Source: Squalus acanthias
Taxonomy: Eukaryota
DNA length: 64,000 bases
Assembly: GCA_030390025.1 (NCBI GenBank)
Contig: CM059432.1
Location: 60,328,001 to 60,392,000 of the forward strand
Reading direction: 5' to 3'
Shown here: positions 24,080-36,645 of the stretch, one piece after another
Position numbering within the stretch: position 1 is the stretch's first letter
How the letters are laid out: the number at the start of each line of letters is the position of its first letter
Translations under genes and position numbers: made by a program
The notes under the pieces: generated by a model
Database searches by the model: none
What the model was told of the DNA's origin: nothing
What the model saw: the letters and a program-made list of their open reading frames with translations, nothing else

Positions 24080-26052
24080 ACTACTTGTGCATTATCTTCC
24101 TCTTACGAGTGCTCTATGTGGTGCTTCCCCTGTGGCTTCAGCAGATGTGAAGGCTTCTTGCTCACTCTCATGCTGCTCCTGCTTCGACACCTTTGGCGGG
24201 CGTCCTCTGGGGTTGCGAGGGCTCACCAACAGTCTGCTGCACCTGCGGCTGTGCAGGGGCTGAGAAGCCCATCTCAGTTGGGTGAGGACTCTGGTGGGGC
24301 TCTGACCGAGGGCTCCGCAGTGGCATGGGAGTGTGAGTGCTTGGAGAGGAGCCCCCACTTCCTTGTTCTCTGCCACCAACATCCATCTCATGGGTCAGCC
24401 CCACTTCAGAGCTAGCAAGTAGCTTGACAGCACCTTGCGGCACATCAGGGGGGCCATGAGGACCCATTTCTGCACTGGCAGTCCTACTCCAGAGGACTTC
24501 CATGAAGGTCTGGTTTCTCTGATCAATAGCTGTCCATCGCTCCTCCAGAGATGTCAGTCTATTCTGAACATTCACCATGTTTTCCACACTCTGGCAACTG
24601 AGCTCTTCCATGGCCGTAGCCATCCTCTCCTCCACCGTAGCCATCCTTTCCACGGAGGTAGCCATCATTTCCACGGAGGTTGCCATTCTTTCCGCGGTGA
24701 TGTGTTGATTCGCCAATGCCTCCACAAAGGCTCTGCTCATGTTCGCGTTGGACTCCTCCATCCGCTCCACACTCGCAGTGACCCTGGAGACAAAACCTGC
24801 CAGAGACTCCTGCACCTGTTCCTGGAGTTCCAGCACCGCTCTCCTTCTGGTTGGACCCGGAGGCACAGGGTCCACATGCAGCTGAGCCGAGCTGGCAGAG
24901 TCCTGCGGCCTCCGATGAGGACTCTCCGCTGCTGTCCCTGTCTCCACCATCTGCTGATGCTCACTTGTGAGCTGTGATACACCAGGTGACAACACTACTC
25001 TATGTTGCAAAGGTCCCACTGAGGTGTGCGTATCTGCACTGGTGCTGGGTGCGCTTAATTCTGCTGACGCTGCGCCGTCAGAAGTTGCAGGCTCCTCTGA
25101 GGAGTCTTCCGGCTCAGCCTCTTCCTCCTGGACAGTGGGGAGGGGGGTTGTTGATGGTCCTGTGGGGGAGTAAAGGCATGAGTTAGACATGTGATATAAA
25201 CATAGCATGCACATGGAATAGTGCAGATAATCATAAGTGAATCTGTTTGAGCATCAGAAGCCATATCAGTCACTCATGCAATGTCAATGAAAAAGATGCA
25301 AAACTATTCTGTCACCAGCTTGTTCTGATGTGCCCGTCTGTCCGTCCCCCACTTCCACATCCTCCCTGGCACCAACGATCTCTAGGGCCGCGTCCTCTGC
25401 GCTGGTAAGATGGGCTATTGAGGCTGGCCCTCCTCTGGTCTTCGCCCATTCCCTCTTATTGTGGGCTCTCTTTTCCTGCAATGAGGGACACAAGTGGAGT
25501 TTGAGTGAGAATGATGGAGTGAGTGTAGATAATCCATAGCATAGATGCTTAGAAGGACACAAAGATGGAGTGAGGTCCCAATACTAAGGGCCCTCCCTGT
25601 GTGTTGTTAGTTGTTGTCATAACATAACAGTGATAGGGAGTGTGAGGGCAGCATAGTCGAATAGTTAAGTGATTGTGCACATAGAGAGGGAATGATTAAG
25701 GGTGCAAGGGATGTAAGGCTAAAGTGGGATGTGTAGGAGTAGGTTGACAATGCAGAGTGATGGTGCTGAGAGGAGATGGGGAGCAGAATGAGGGTAAAGG
25801 TGATGCTATACTCACTTTGCCTGTTCGGACAAGGTCATTGAACCTCTTTCGGCACTGCAGCCAGGTTCTGCTGCACATCGATCTGGCACTCACCTCCTGG
25901 GCAACTTGCAGCCACACAGCTTTGGTCTGCTGGGGAGGTTTTTTCCTCCCAGACGATGGAAAGAGCACCTCATTTTGTGCTCTGGCTCCCTCCACCAGAG
26001 CATGGAGGGAGTCATCATTAAAGCGAGGTGAGGCCTTGGGCACTAGCTCCAA
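24080..26052 (-). pseudogene. H3 Myb/SANT gene, 3 exons (about 26052-25816, 25475-25316, 25159-24080)
   Basis: SPRFNDDSLHALV...WLQVA...CRKRFNDL; exon 2 EKRAHNKRE..TRGG; no ATG found; frameshift near the C-terminus. Confidence 0.8.
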
Positions 26053-26605
26053 AAACTATTTTCAACAGAAGCTAACACAAGCGTTTAGGCACAAAATGAG
26101 CCAAGGCTGCTTGGAGCCCTTAAATGCAGCTGGAGAAATGATGTCATCGGAGGCGAGTTTCAGGCCCAAAAAACTAATTGGGCCAGGGGTTCGCACACAC
26201 TGGGAATCAATTGCCCAATTAGGGCAAAATCGCAATTTTTTCTAGCCCGACAGTGGAGGCGGGATCGGGACCCGCCGACCACCTGACCCACACCCAACCC
26301 GCCACCAATGGCAAAATCAAGCCCCCAGCATCCGCAGTACTTTGCCTTTTGTAGAAAGACCCATGTTCAGTTTTCCACTCTGCTAAATGGCCAATCTGAG
26401 CCACACCCATTGAGGGGATGCTGAGCAAAAAGTGTGCCATCTCCCATCAGAGGTGTGGAAAAAATTGGACAGGTTAATCCATCTTGGGTGTTAAATCATA
26501 TCGCTCAGAGCCAAAGGGGGATTATCAGAGATTTGAAAGCAGATCATTTACCACTTTGGCAGTACTGAGATGAATCCAGGCAAAATGAAGAACAAAAATA
26601 CTTTA

Positions 26606-27083
26606 TAAGAACATAAGAAATAAGAGCAGGAGTAGGCCATATGGCTCCTCGAGCCTGCTCCGCCATTCAATAAGATCATGGCTGATCTTCAACGTCAACG
26701 CCACTTTCCCGCCCGATCTCCATATCCCTTGATTACCCGAGAGTCCAAAAATCTATCGATCTCAGCCTTGAATATACTTAACGATTCAGCATCCACAGCC
26801 CTCTGGGGCAGAGAATTCCAAAGATTCACAACCCTCTGAGTGAAGAAATTCCTCCTCATCTCAGTTTTAAATGGCCGGCCCCTTATCCTGAGACTATGCC
26901 CCCTAGTTCTGGACTCTCCAGCCAGGGGAAACAACCTCTCAACATCTACCATGTCAATCCCCCTCAGAATCTTATATGTTTCAATGAGATCACCTCTCAT
27001 TCTTCTAAATTCTAGCGAGTATAGACCCAATCTACTCAATCTCTCCTCATAGGACAACCTTCTCATCCCTGGAATCAATCTAG
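26606..27083 (-). mobile_element. CR1 3' fragment
   Basis: LSYEERLSRLGLYSLEFRRMRGDLIETYK, RTRGHSLRI; CATAAGAA tail. Confidence 0.9.
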
Positions 27084-27482
27084 TGTTATTATCTTGGAAA
27101 AATCACCAATGCAAATAAAAAGATAAAACTGGAGCAGGATCTCAGTACCTGCAGGTCTGTTCCTATGTGTTGCAGACTTCAATGTTGCTAGTTTTTTATA
27201 TAAATTAGTTGAATTGTACACTTGCATGTTGTGAGCTCTTTTCTTTAATGATTACCATTGACCCAAAATTCATAAAGGTAAAATATCACAAATAGGTTAA
27301 TTGAGTTGCAAAGCTGTAACCTAAAATTAAAAGCATTGTCAAGCCGAGTTTTATTTTAATCATAGTCAATTTTTTGATGTATTTGATCATTCAACACCAA
27401 ACGTTTGGATTATAAAGGATGTTAGAACTAATCCACTGAAACCACAATGTTCTGAGGTTTGCATACTGTATCAATGACTAAC

Positions 27483-27666
27483 CTTCAATTGATCTTCCTG
27501 ATCGATCAATGTCCTTGTCATCATCACCAGCTTTGCTCTCACTGCATTTTGAGTCCTCTCCACATGGGTGAGCTGTTTCTTCACGATGCTTAGCTTGCCA
27601 TTATTAAATTTTACAGCTTCTTGTATTTGCCGGATCTCTTTCTTCATTGTATTTCTTTCCTGACGA
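27483..27666 (-). CDS. CCDC178: Host coiled-coil gene exon (184 nt, phase 2 to 0): RQERNTMKKEIRQIQEAVK...DQEDQLK
   Basis: AG...GTTAGT boundaries, open frame, phase matches previous exon; gapless resemblance to human CCDC178 as I recall it (needs BLAST). Confidence 0.75.
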
Positions 27667-27741
27667 CTTTAACAGATATGCTTTTTAAATTTAAAATTTA
27701 AAATACTGATGGTTGAATAAAAATCAATTTATATCACATAC

Positions 27742-27878
27742 CTTTCTTTAATGTCTTGGTTAAAAATGTCAATCTCCAATTCAAGTTCTTTGTTTTTGTT
27801 CTCCAAACGCTTAAGCTCATACAGTTTTCTGTCAAGTTCTTTTTGTTGTTTTGATAACTCAGAGTTGCCAATTCTTGT
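27742..27878 (-). CDS. CCDC178: Host exon (137 nt, phase 0 to 2): TRIGNSELSKQQKELDRK...NKELELEIDIFNQDIKE
   Basis: TAG...GTATGT boundaries; ELS / NK.LE..I / ES pattern resembles recalled CCDC178. Confidence 0.75.
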
Positions 27879-28924
27879 CTACATAAAAATAAAATAGATA
27901 AAATCACCCCAATTAAAAGTCACAGCAAAGCATACTACCAGCAAGAAATCCATTAAAGAATATTAATGCAATACATTTATCTCAAAGTATATAAGGTACA
28001 AGAAAATAAGCATTTTTATAAACCAAATTCCAAGTTCTCATCTGGAGCATTTCAAATTTTAACATACTCACAAAGAAATTGTCCAATTTTCAATTTTCTC
28101 TTGGCCAAAATACTGGTCAGCAGTGAAGAAAAAAGTTGTTTTGAGCTATAAAAGTTAATTACATTCATGTGGCACAGTATATTGCCACTCTAATGGACTG
28201 TGCCAAGAAGTGGTAAGGAGTGGGTTTACAGTCTTCATTTGCAATGCTATGAATTACTAACTTTGACTGTGTGGTCAGAAGGAAGCCAAGCATTGGAGAT
28301 CTACAGGTGAGGGGGAGAAACGTATTAGTGGACAAGTCACCACAGTCAACTCTTAAGAACCTTTTAGTAATCGGCTCAATTCATTAGCGGAGAACTGGAG
28401 TCAGGTTACCGTCTTAGGCAGGGAATGGTTAGTAACCCAGGTAGGTTCTACAAGGGAGATTAAAATAATAGAATAAAAAAAACAATAATAAAGCTAATGA
28501 CATCAAACACACAACATGGGTTCCTGCCTGTGATTCCTCAAAGTGTCAGTTCCCAATATTGGCTGTGCTGTTGGGGCAAGGCAATGAAAAAAAGACAGAC
28601 AATTCTCCATAAACAAGACAAAAGCCCCACTTCCTCAAAAGAATCAGTGGTCAAGAATGACAAAAGTCGAGGTAGGAAATCAGGTTAACTGGCTACTTTC
28701 TCAGTCAGGGAATGATGCTCAGTAGACTAAAGAAAGTAGGAGAAAAAGTGGCAGGAGCTGAAAGTAATAAGATAAAAATATTGTAAGAGAATATTGCTGT
28801 AGGGAAAGTACATTCTATTTTTTTCCTTTCCTCACTAGTTTTCTCCATGTTTGGAGGCATTGATTTCAATGGAATGAAAATTGGTCAGATTCTACAACGA
28901 GCAGGTCATCCACTCTGCCAGATT

Positions 28925-29100
28925 ACAACAATTTGCATTTATATAGCGCCCTTAATGTAGTAAAACATCCCAAGGCACTTCACAGGAGCGTTATCAAATA
29001 AGGTTTGACACCAAACCAAAGAAGGTGATATTAGGACAGATGACCAAAAGCTTGCTCAAAGAGGTAGGTTTTAAGGAGCGTCTTAAAGGAGAGAGCGATA
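28925..29100 (-). mobile_element. L2-type LINE 3' end fragment
   Basis: TTGCATTTATATAGCGCC is the same tail as the DeuSINE; upstream sequence differs from the SINE body. Confidence 0.6.
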
Positions 29101-29107
29101 GAGATGC

Positions 29108-30591
29108 AAAGTTTGTAGGAACATAGGAAGGAATATAGAAACAGGGTTAGGGCATTTACCCCCTGGAGCCTGTTCCAACATTCATAGCTGATCTGTATCT
29201 TAACTCCATCTACCAGGCTTGGTCTGTAACCCGCAATACCTTACGTAACAAAAATCTATCAATCTCAGTTTTTAAATTTTCAATTGACCTAGCTTCAACA
29301 ACTTTTTGGGGGGACAAAGTTTCAGATTTGCACTACCCTTTGTGTGAAGAACTGCTTCCTGACATCACCCATGAACGGCTTACCTCTAATTTTAAGGTTA
29401 TGCCCCCTTTGTTCTGGACACGTCCAGCAGACAAAATAGTTTTCTCTCTATCTACCTTATCAAATCCTTTAATCATCTTTAACACTTCAATTAGATAGCC
29501 CATTAATCTTCTATATTCAAGGAAATACAAGCCTAGTCTATGCAACCTGTCCTCATAATTTAACACTTTTCGCCCCGGTATCATTCTAATGAATCTGTGC
29601 TGCACCCCCTCCAAGGCCAATATATCCTTCCTGAGATGTGGTACCCAGAACTGAATGCAATACTCCAAATGGGGCTCTTTTTTTATTATTCGTTTGTGGG
29701 ATGTGGGCGTCGCTGGCAAGGCCAGCATTTATTGCTCATCCCTAATTGCCCTTGAGAAGGTGGTGGTAACCAGCACCTTAACATAACTTCCACCCCTTTG
29801 TATTCCAGCTCCCTTGTGATAAAGGCCAACATTCCATTAGCCTTTTCATTTATTTTTTGCACATGTCCATTAGCTTTTAGTGTTTTCTAAACATGGACCA
29901 CTAAATCTCTCTGCTCATCCACTGTTCCGAGCTTCTCGCCATTTAGAAAATACACTGATCTAGAAACATAGGAACAGGAGTTGGCCATTTAGCTCCTTGA
30001 GCCTGTTCCGCTATTCAATGAGTTCATGGCTGATCTGTGACCTAACTCTACATACTTGCCTTTGCCCCATACCCTTTAATACCTTTGGTTATTACCACAG
30101 TTTTGCCCATTCGCTTAATCTTTTAATATCTCTTTGTAATTTGATGATTCCATCTACACTGCTTACAGTGCCGCCAATCTTATGTCATCGGCAAACTGGG
30201 ATATGTGGCTTTCTATCCCATCATCTAAGTCGTTAATAAATACGGCGAATAGTTGAGGCCCCAACACAGATTATTGCAGGATACCACAATCGCATCCTGC
30301 CAATTAGAGTAGCTGCCCATTATCCCTACTCTCTGTCTCCTGCCACTCAGACAATTTCCTAACCAGGTCAATAATATGCCTTCGATTCCATTGGCTTCAA
30401 CCTTAGTTAATAATCTCTTACGAGGGACTTTATCAAATGCATTCTGGAAGTCCATATAAATAACATCCATAAAGACATTCCCCTGTCCACTACTTTAGTC
30501 ACCTCTTCAAAAAATTCAATCAGGTTCATCAGGCATGAATCCAGAGAACTTTGGAAGATTATAGTTAGGGCATCTGCATTGTTCTCACCTA
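29108..30591 (-). mobile_element. Outer CR1 copy with small nested LINE tails; appears to resume near 39350
   Basis: PHLEYCIQFW, MDFQNAFDKVP, LIEFFEEVT. Confidence 0.8.
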
Positions 30592-31229
30592 AAAACATAA
30601 GAGCACACAAATGGGAGCAGGAGTAGGCCATACGGCCCCTCAAGCCTGTTCCGCCATTTAATAAGATCATGGCTGATAGTCGAGCTCAACTCCACTTTCC
30701 CGCGCGAATCCTATATCTCCCGATTTCCTTAGAGACCAAAAATCTAACAATCTCAGCCTTGAATATACTCAACGACTGAGCATCCACAGCCCTCTGGGGT
30801 AGAGAATTCCAAAGCTTCAACCCTCTGAGTGAAGAAATTTCTCCTCATCTCAGTCCTAAATGGCTGACCCCTTATCCTGAGACCATGCCCCCCAATTCTA
30901 GACTCTCCAGCCAGGGGAAACAGCCTCTCAGCAGCTACCCTGTCAAGCCCCCTCAGAATCTTATATGTTTCGATGAGATCACCTCTCATTCTTCTAAACT
31001 TCACAGAGTATAGGCCCAGTCTACTTAATCTCTCCTCATAGGATAACCCTGTCGTCCCAGGAATAAATCTAGTGAACCTTTGTTGCATCCACTCTAGTAG
31101 ACCAAAACTGTGCACAGTACTCCAGGTGTGGTCTCACCTAAGCCTTGTACAATTGCAGCAAGAATTCCTTACTCTTGTACTCCAATCCACTTGCAATAAA
31201 GGCCAAAATACCATTTGCCTTGCTGTACC

Positions 31230-34200
31230 TTTTTCTTTATTTCATTCATGAGATGTGAGCGTCGCTGGCAAAGCCAGCATTTATTGCCCATCCCTAATTG
31301 CCCTTGAGAAGGTGGTGGTGAGCTACCTTCTTGAACCGCTACAGTCTGTGTAGTGAATGTACTCCAACAGTGCTGTTAGGTAGGGAGTTCTAGGATTTTG
31401 ATCCAGCGACAATGAAGGAACGGTGATACATTTCCAAGTCAGGATGGTGTGTGACTTCGAGGGGAACTTGGAGGTGGTAGTGTTCCCATGCACCTGCTGC
31501 CCTTGTCCTTCTAAATGGTAGAGGTCGCAGGTTTAGGAGGTGCTGTCAAATAAGCCTTGGCGGGTTTCTGCAGTGCATCTTGTAGATGATACACACTGTA
31601 GCCATGGCACGCTGGTGGTGGAGTGAATGTTTACAGTGGTGGATGGGGTGCCAATCAAGCGGGCTGCTTTGTCCTGGATGGTGTCGAGTATCTTGAGTGG
31701 TGTTGGAGCTGCAATCATCCAGGCAAGTGGAGAGTATTTCATCACACTCCTGACTTGTACCTTGTAGATGGTAGAAAGGCTTTGGGGAGTCAGGAGGTGA
31801 GTCACTCGCTGCAGAATACCCAGCCTCCAACAGTATTTACGTGGCTGGTCCAGTTAGGTTTCTGGCCAATGGTGACACCCCAGGATGTTGATGGTGGGGG
31901 ATTTGACGATGGTAATGCCGTTGAATATCAAGGGGAGGTGGTTAGACTCTCTCTTGTTGGAGATGGTCATTGCTCAGCACTTGTGTGGCATGATTGTTAC
32001 TTGCCACACAGCCCAAGCCTGAATGTTGTCCAGGTCTTGATGCATGTGGGCACAGACTGCTTCATTATCTGAGGAGTTGTGAATGGAATTGAACACTGTG
32101 CAATCATCAGCAAACATCCCCACTTCTGACCTTATGATGGAGGGAAGGTCATTGATGAAGCAGCTGAAGATGGTTGGGACTAAAATACTGCCTTGAGGAA
32201 CTCCTGCAGCGATGTCCTGGGGCTGAGGTGATTGACCTCCAACAACCATAACCATCTTCCTTTGAGAGCTAGGTATGACTCCAGCCAGTGGAGAGTTTTC
32301 CCCCTGATTCCCATTGAAATCAATTTTACTAGGGCTCCTTGATGTTACTAGGCCACACTCGGTCAAATGCTGCCTTGATGTCAAGGGCAGTCACTCTCAC
32401 CTCACCTCCGGAATTCAGCTCTTTTGTCCATGTTTGGATCAAGGTTGTAATGAGGTCTGGAGCCGAGTGGTCCTGGCGGAACCCAAACTAAGCATCGGTG
32501 AGCAGGTTATTGGTGAGTAAGTGCCGCTTGATAGCACTGTCAACAACCCTTCCATCACTTTGCTGATGGTTGAGAGTAGACTGATGGGGTGGTAATTGGC
32601 CGGATTGGATTTGTCCTGCTTTTGGTTGACAGACTATGGGCAACACGGTGGCATAGTGGTTAGCACTGTTGCCTCACAGCGCCAGGGACCCGGGTTCGAA
32701 TCTGACCTCGGATGACTGTCTGTGTGGAGTTTGCACATTCTCCCCGTGTCTGCGTGGGTTTCCTCCGGGTGCTCCGGTTTCCTTCCACAGTCCAAAGATG
32801 TGCGGGTTAGGTTGATTTGGCTATGATAAATTCACCCTTAGTGTTAGGGGGATTAAATACGTGGGGTTACGGGGATAGGGTGGGATATGTGTCGATGGGC
32901 TGAAATGGCCTCTATCTGCACTGTGGGGATTCTGTGATTCTGTGAGGACATACCTGGGCAATTTCCCACTTTGTTGGGTAGATGCCAGTGTTGTAGCTGT
33001 ACTGGAACCGCTTGGCTAGAGGTGCAGCTATTTCTGGAGCACAAGTCTTCAGCACTACAGCTGGGATGCTGTCGGAGCCCACAGCCTTTGCTGTATCCAG
33101 TGCGCTCAGCCATTTCTTGATATCATGTGGAGTGAATCGAATTGGCTGAAGACTGGCTTCTCGCGGAGCAGGCTCGAAGGGCTGAATGGCCTACTCCTGT
33201 TCCTATTTTTCTATGGTGGGGACCTCAGGAAGAGGCCGAGACGGATCATCCATGCGGCACTTCTGGCTGAAGATGGTTGCAAACACTTCAGCCTTGTCTT
33301 TTGCGCTCGCGTGCTGGGCTCCGCCATCATTGAAGATGGGAATGTTCATAAAGTCTCCTCCTCGCATTAGTTGTTTAATTGTTCACCACCATTCATGACT
33401 GGATGTGGCAGGACTTCAGAGCTTTGATCTGATCTGTTGGCTGTAGGATTGCTTAGCTCGGTCTATAGCATGCTGCTTTCGCTGTTTAGTATGCATGTAG
33501 TCCTGTGTTGTAGCTTCACCAGGTTGGTATCTCATTTTTAGGTATGCCTGGTGCTGCTCCAGGCATGCTCTTCTACATTCCTCATTGAACCCCTGGCTTG
33601 ATGGTAATGGTAGAGTGAGGGATATGCCGGACCATGAGGTTACAGATGGTGGAATACAATTCTGCTGCTAATGGCCCACGGCGCCTCATGGATGCCCATT
33701 TTTGAGCTGCTATATCTGTTCTGAATCTATCTCATCTATCACGGTGGTAGTGCCACACAATATGATGGAGGGTATCCTCAGTGTGAAGACAAGAACTGTG
33801 TGGTGGTCACTGCTACCAATACTTTCATCTGCGACTGGTAGCTTTGTGAGGACGAGGTCAAGTGGGTTTTTCCCTCATATTGTTTCTCTTGCTATCTGCC
33901 ACAGGCCCATTCTGGCAGCTATGTCCTTCAGGATGTGGGCTGCTTGGTCAGTAGTGGTGCTACCAAGCCACTCTTGCTGATGGACATTGAAGTCCCCCAC
34001 CCAGAGTACATTCTATGCCCTTCCAAGTGGCGTTCAACAGTGGAAGAGTACTGATTCATCAGCTGAGGGAGAACGCTAGGTGGTAATCATCAGAAGGTTT
34101 CCTTGCCCATGAGATTTCATGGGGTCCAGAGTCAATTTTGAGAACTCCAAGGGCCACTCCCTCCCGACTGTATACCACTGTGTCGCCACCTCTGGTGGGT

Positions 34201-34638
34201 CTGCCTGGTGGGACAGGACATGATGGTGCTGGAGGAGTCTGGGACATTGGCTGAAAGGTATGATTCTGTGAGTATGACTGTATCAGGCTGGTGCGTAACT
34301 AGTCTGTGGGGCAGCTCTCTCAATTTTGGCACAAGTCCCACGATGTTCGTGAGGAGGACTTTGCAGGGTTGACTGAGCTGGATGTGCCAAGGTCAATGCC
34401 GGGTGGTCCATCCGGTTTTATTCTTATTATTGTTTAATGTAGAAGTTTGATTCAACGGAGTGGCTTCCAAGGCCATTTCAGAAGGCAGTTAAGAGTCAAC
34501 CACATTCCAGCTTTATTGAACTAACTGAATTTAAATTCCCCAGCTGCCATGGGATTTGAACTCACGTCTCCGGATCATTAGTCATCCAGGTCTCTGGATT
34601 ACTAGTCTATTAACATAACCACAATGCTACCTTACCCC
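31230..34638 (-). mobile_element. Near full-length CR1-group LINE family B (endonuclease + RT, decayed) with tRNA-like 5' head
   Basis: PDTVILTESYL endonuclease start near 34341; GVPQGS and FADD; same 3' end as 11970-13303; A/B boxes at 34629-34552. Confidence 0.8.
32638..32943 (+). mobile_element. V-SINE (HE1-like) inserted in the LINE
   Basis: TGGCATAGTGG A-box, GGTTCGAATC B-box, V-domain TGTGTGGAGTTTGCACATTCTCCCCGTGTCTGCGTGGGTTTCCTCCGG, CR1-type tail. Confidence 0.9.
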
Positions 34639-35160
34639 TGCATGTTAACTTTCTGGGGGAAGAAGTCGGTTGGTTTGCGCCTCCCGTTAGCGCCTTAAGA
34701 GGGCGCTAATGAGGCGCAAAGCAACCAGCGCCCGGGCGCGGCGATCTCTGCGCCGCTCGCGAAATTGACCAGACATTTTGCAGCGGCGCTAAGCACTACC
34801 ACCCCGATCTCCAGCGCCCGCAGATCGTGACGTCAGTCGAGCTTGCAACACCCTTGTGGTGCCCCGGACTGGATATTGAGTGGCGCCCCCCTCCTTTCCG
34901 CCTGGCGCAAGCAACGACAGGGAGACTGGAATGTTTCCCAGTCAGTGAGGGGCTGGGGGGCGCTATTTAAAGGCGGCCTCTTCCTGGCTTTTTCTGTGGT
35001 AGACATTTTTGCACCACTCATTCTGACGGAGAGAGAGATTCGGAGAGAGAGGAGAGACTTCTGCATAGAGTCAACGCTGTCTGAAGTAGTTTTGGCTACT
35101 GAGCATCACTTTGCAGGTACTTTTGGATTTGACCTTCATTACTTCGATTACTAAGAGACT

Positions 35161-36253
35161 ATGGGGGCTGCACTGATTCAGGGCGTCATCCTGCGCCTGC
35201 AGAATCGGAGGCAACAGAGACGCAGAGAGAGAGTGGCAATCATGGCCAGACGGAGGAGGGCCAACAGGCCTCTGTACAGGAGACCTTACCCTCCCAGGGT
35301 ATTTCGACAACAATTTTCCTACATTCATTTGTCTGAGGAGCAGTGACTTGCGCGGGCTGTGCTTCAGCAAGGAGGTGGTCACTGAGCTCTGCCACCTGCT
35401 GCAGCCAGATCTGCAGCCTCTACTGAGGACCAGGACGACTCTGTCAGTGGCAATGAAGGTCACAGTGGCTCTGAACTTTTATGCCACCGGCTCCTTTCAA
35501 GCAGCTACTGGGGACATCGCCAAAATCTCCCAGTTCGCGGTCTATTGCTGTATCCGTCAGGTCACAAATGCCCTCTATAAAAGGAGACGCCAGTATATCT
35601 CTTTCCCGATGACCCGGGCCAAACAGCATGAACGCGCATTGGGCTTTGCGAGGATAGCGGGCTTCCGCATGGTGCAGGGTGCCATTGACTGCATGCATGT
35701 GGCATTGCGGGCACCGCATGAGAATGCAGAGGTTTTCCGAAACCGCAAGGGGTTCCACTCCTTAAACATCCAGTTGGTCTGTGCCCACAGACAGCTGATA
35801 CTCGCTGTCAATGCCCGCTATCCTGGCAGCAGCCACGATGCTTTCATCCTGCGCCAGACTGCTGTGCCAGAACTTTTCCAGGCACCGCATCAGCAAAGTG
35901 GTTGGCTCCTCGGGGACAAGGGTTATCCACTGTGCTCCTGGCTGATGACACTGCTCCGTAACCTCAACACCCCTGCTGAGCTGCGGTACAACGAGAGCCA
36001 TCTCGCCACCAGGAACATCGTTGAGCAGACGATCGGCGTGTTCAAGCAACGGTTCCGCTGTCTGGACCACTCAGGAGGAGCCCTGCAGTACTCACCTGAG
36101 CGAGTCTCCCTCTTCATAGTTGTGTGCTGCATGCTGCATAACCTGGCAATCCTCAGGACCCAGCCAATGCCACCAGGCCTTGGAGCACCACTGGAGGAGG
36201 AGGAGGAAGAGGTGAAGGAAGAGGAGGAGGAAGAGGGAAGAGGAGGAGGATGA
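35161..36253 (+). pseudogene. H4 transposase; a 1-nt insertion near 35346 separates the 61-aa N-terminus from the 301-aa core
   Basis: RRPYPPRVFR, IDCMHV, HDA, LGDKGY, VEQTIG, CCMLHN. Confidence 0.9.
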
Positions 36254-36645
36254 TCAGCAGTCGCACCAAGGCGGGAGGGAGGCCCACAATGTTGAAACTG
36301 CAAGGGACATCCGTCAATGGCTGATAAGAAGCCGCTTCTAGGCCCCTACTGAGGAAATGGCTTCTGGCATGGAGAACAACATGAATGAAAGCAACCCGCA
36401 ACCCCTAAGCCGGCCAAGGCAGCAATGATTCCAAACCTGTACATATTGAATACAAAAACTTTTTTATTTTACAAACTCTGTGTGTGTCATTTCTTCATGA
36501 CAAACTAATAGAAACAAACACAAAAAATAATTCATTAACATAACTGGTTCTCACAACCTGGAGATAATGTCCAAAACACGAAACAAAAGTTTGAACACGA
36601 ACCTCGGCCTTTAATAAAAAATTGACCAACATTTCGTCACACCTC

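Larger units (their letters stand above)
22085..26324. mobile_element. Full-length Harbinger H3
   Basis: TIRs AGGTTGGATTTTACC / GGCAAAATCAAGCCC; TSD CAA/CCA; convergent transposase (+) and Myb (-). Confidence 0.9.

Noticed and set aside
24613..24695. CRISPR-like short repeat array
   Set aside because: Contiguous coding repeats without spacers in eukaryotic DNA
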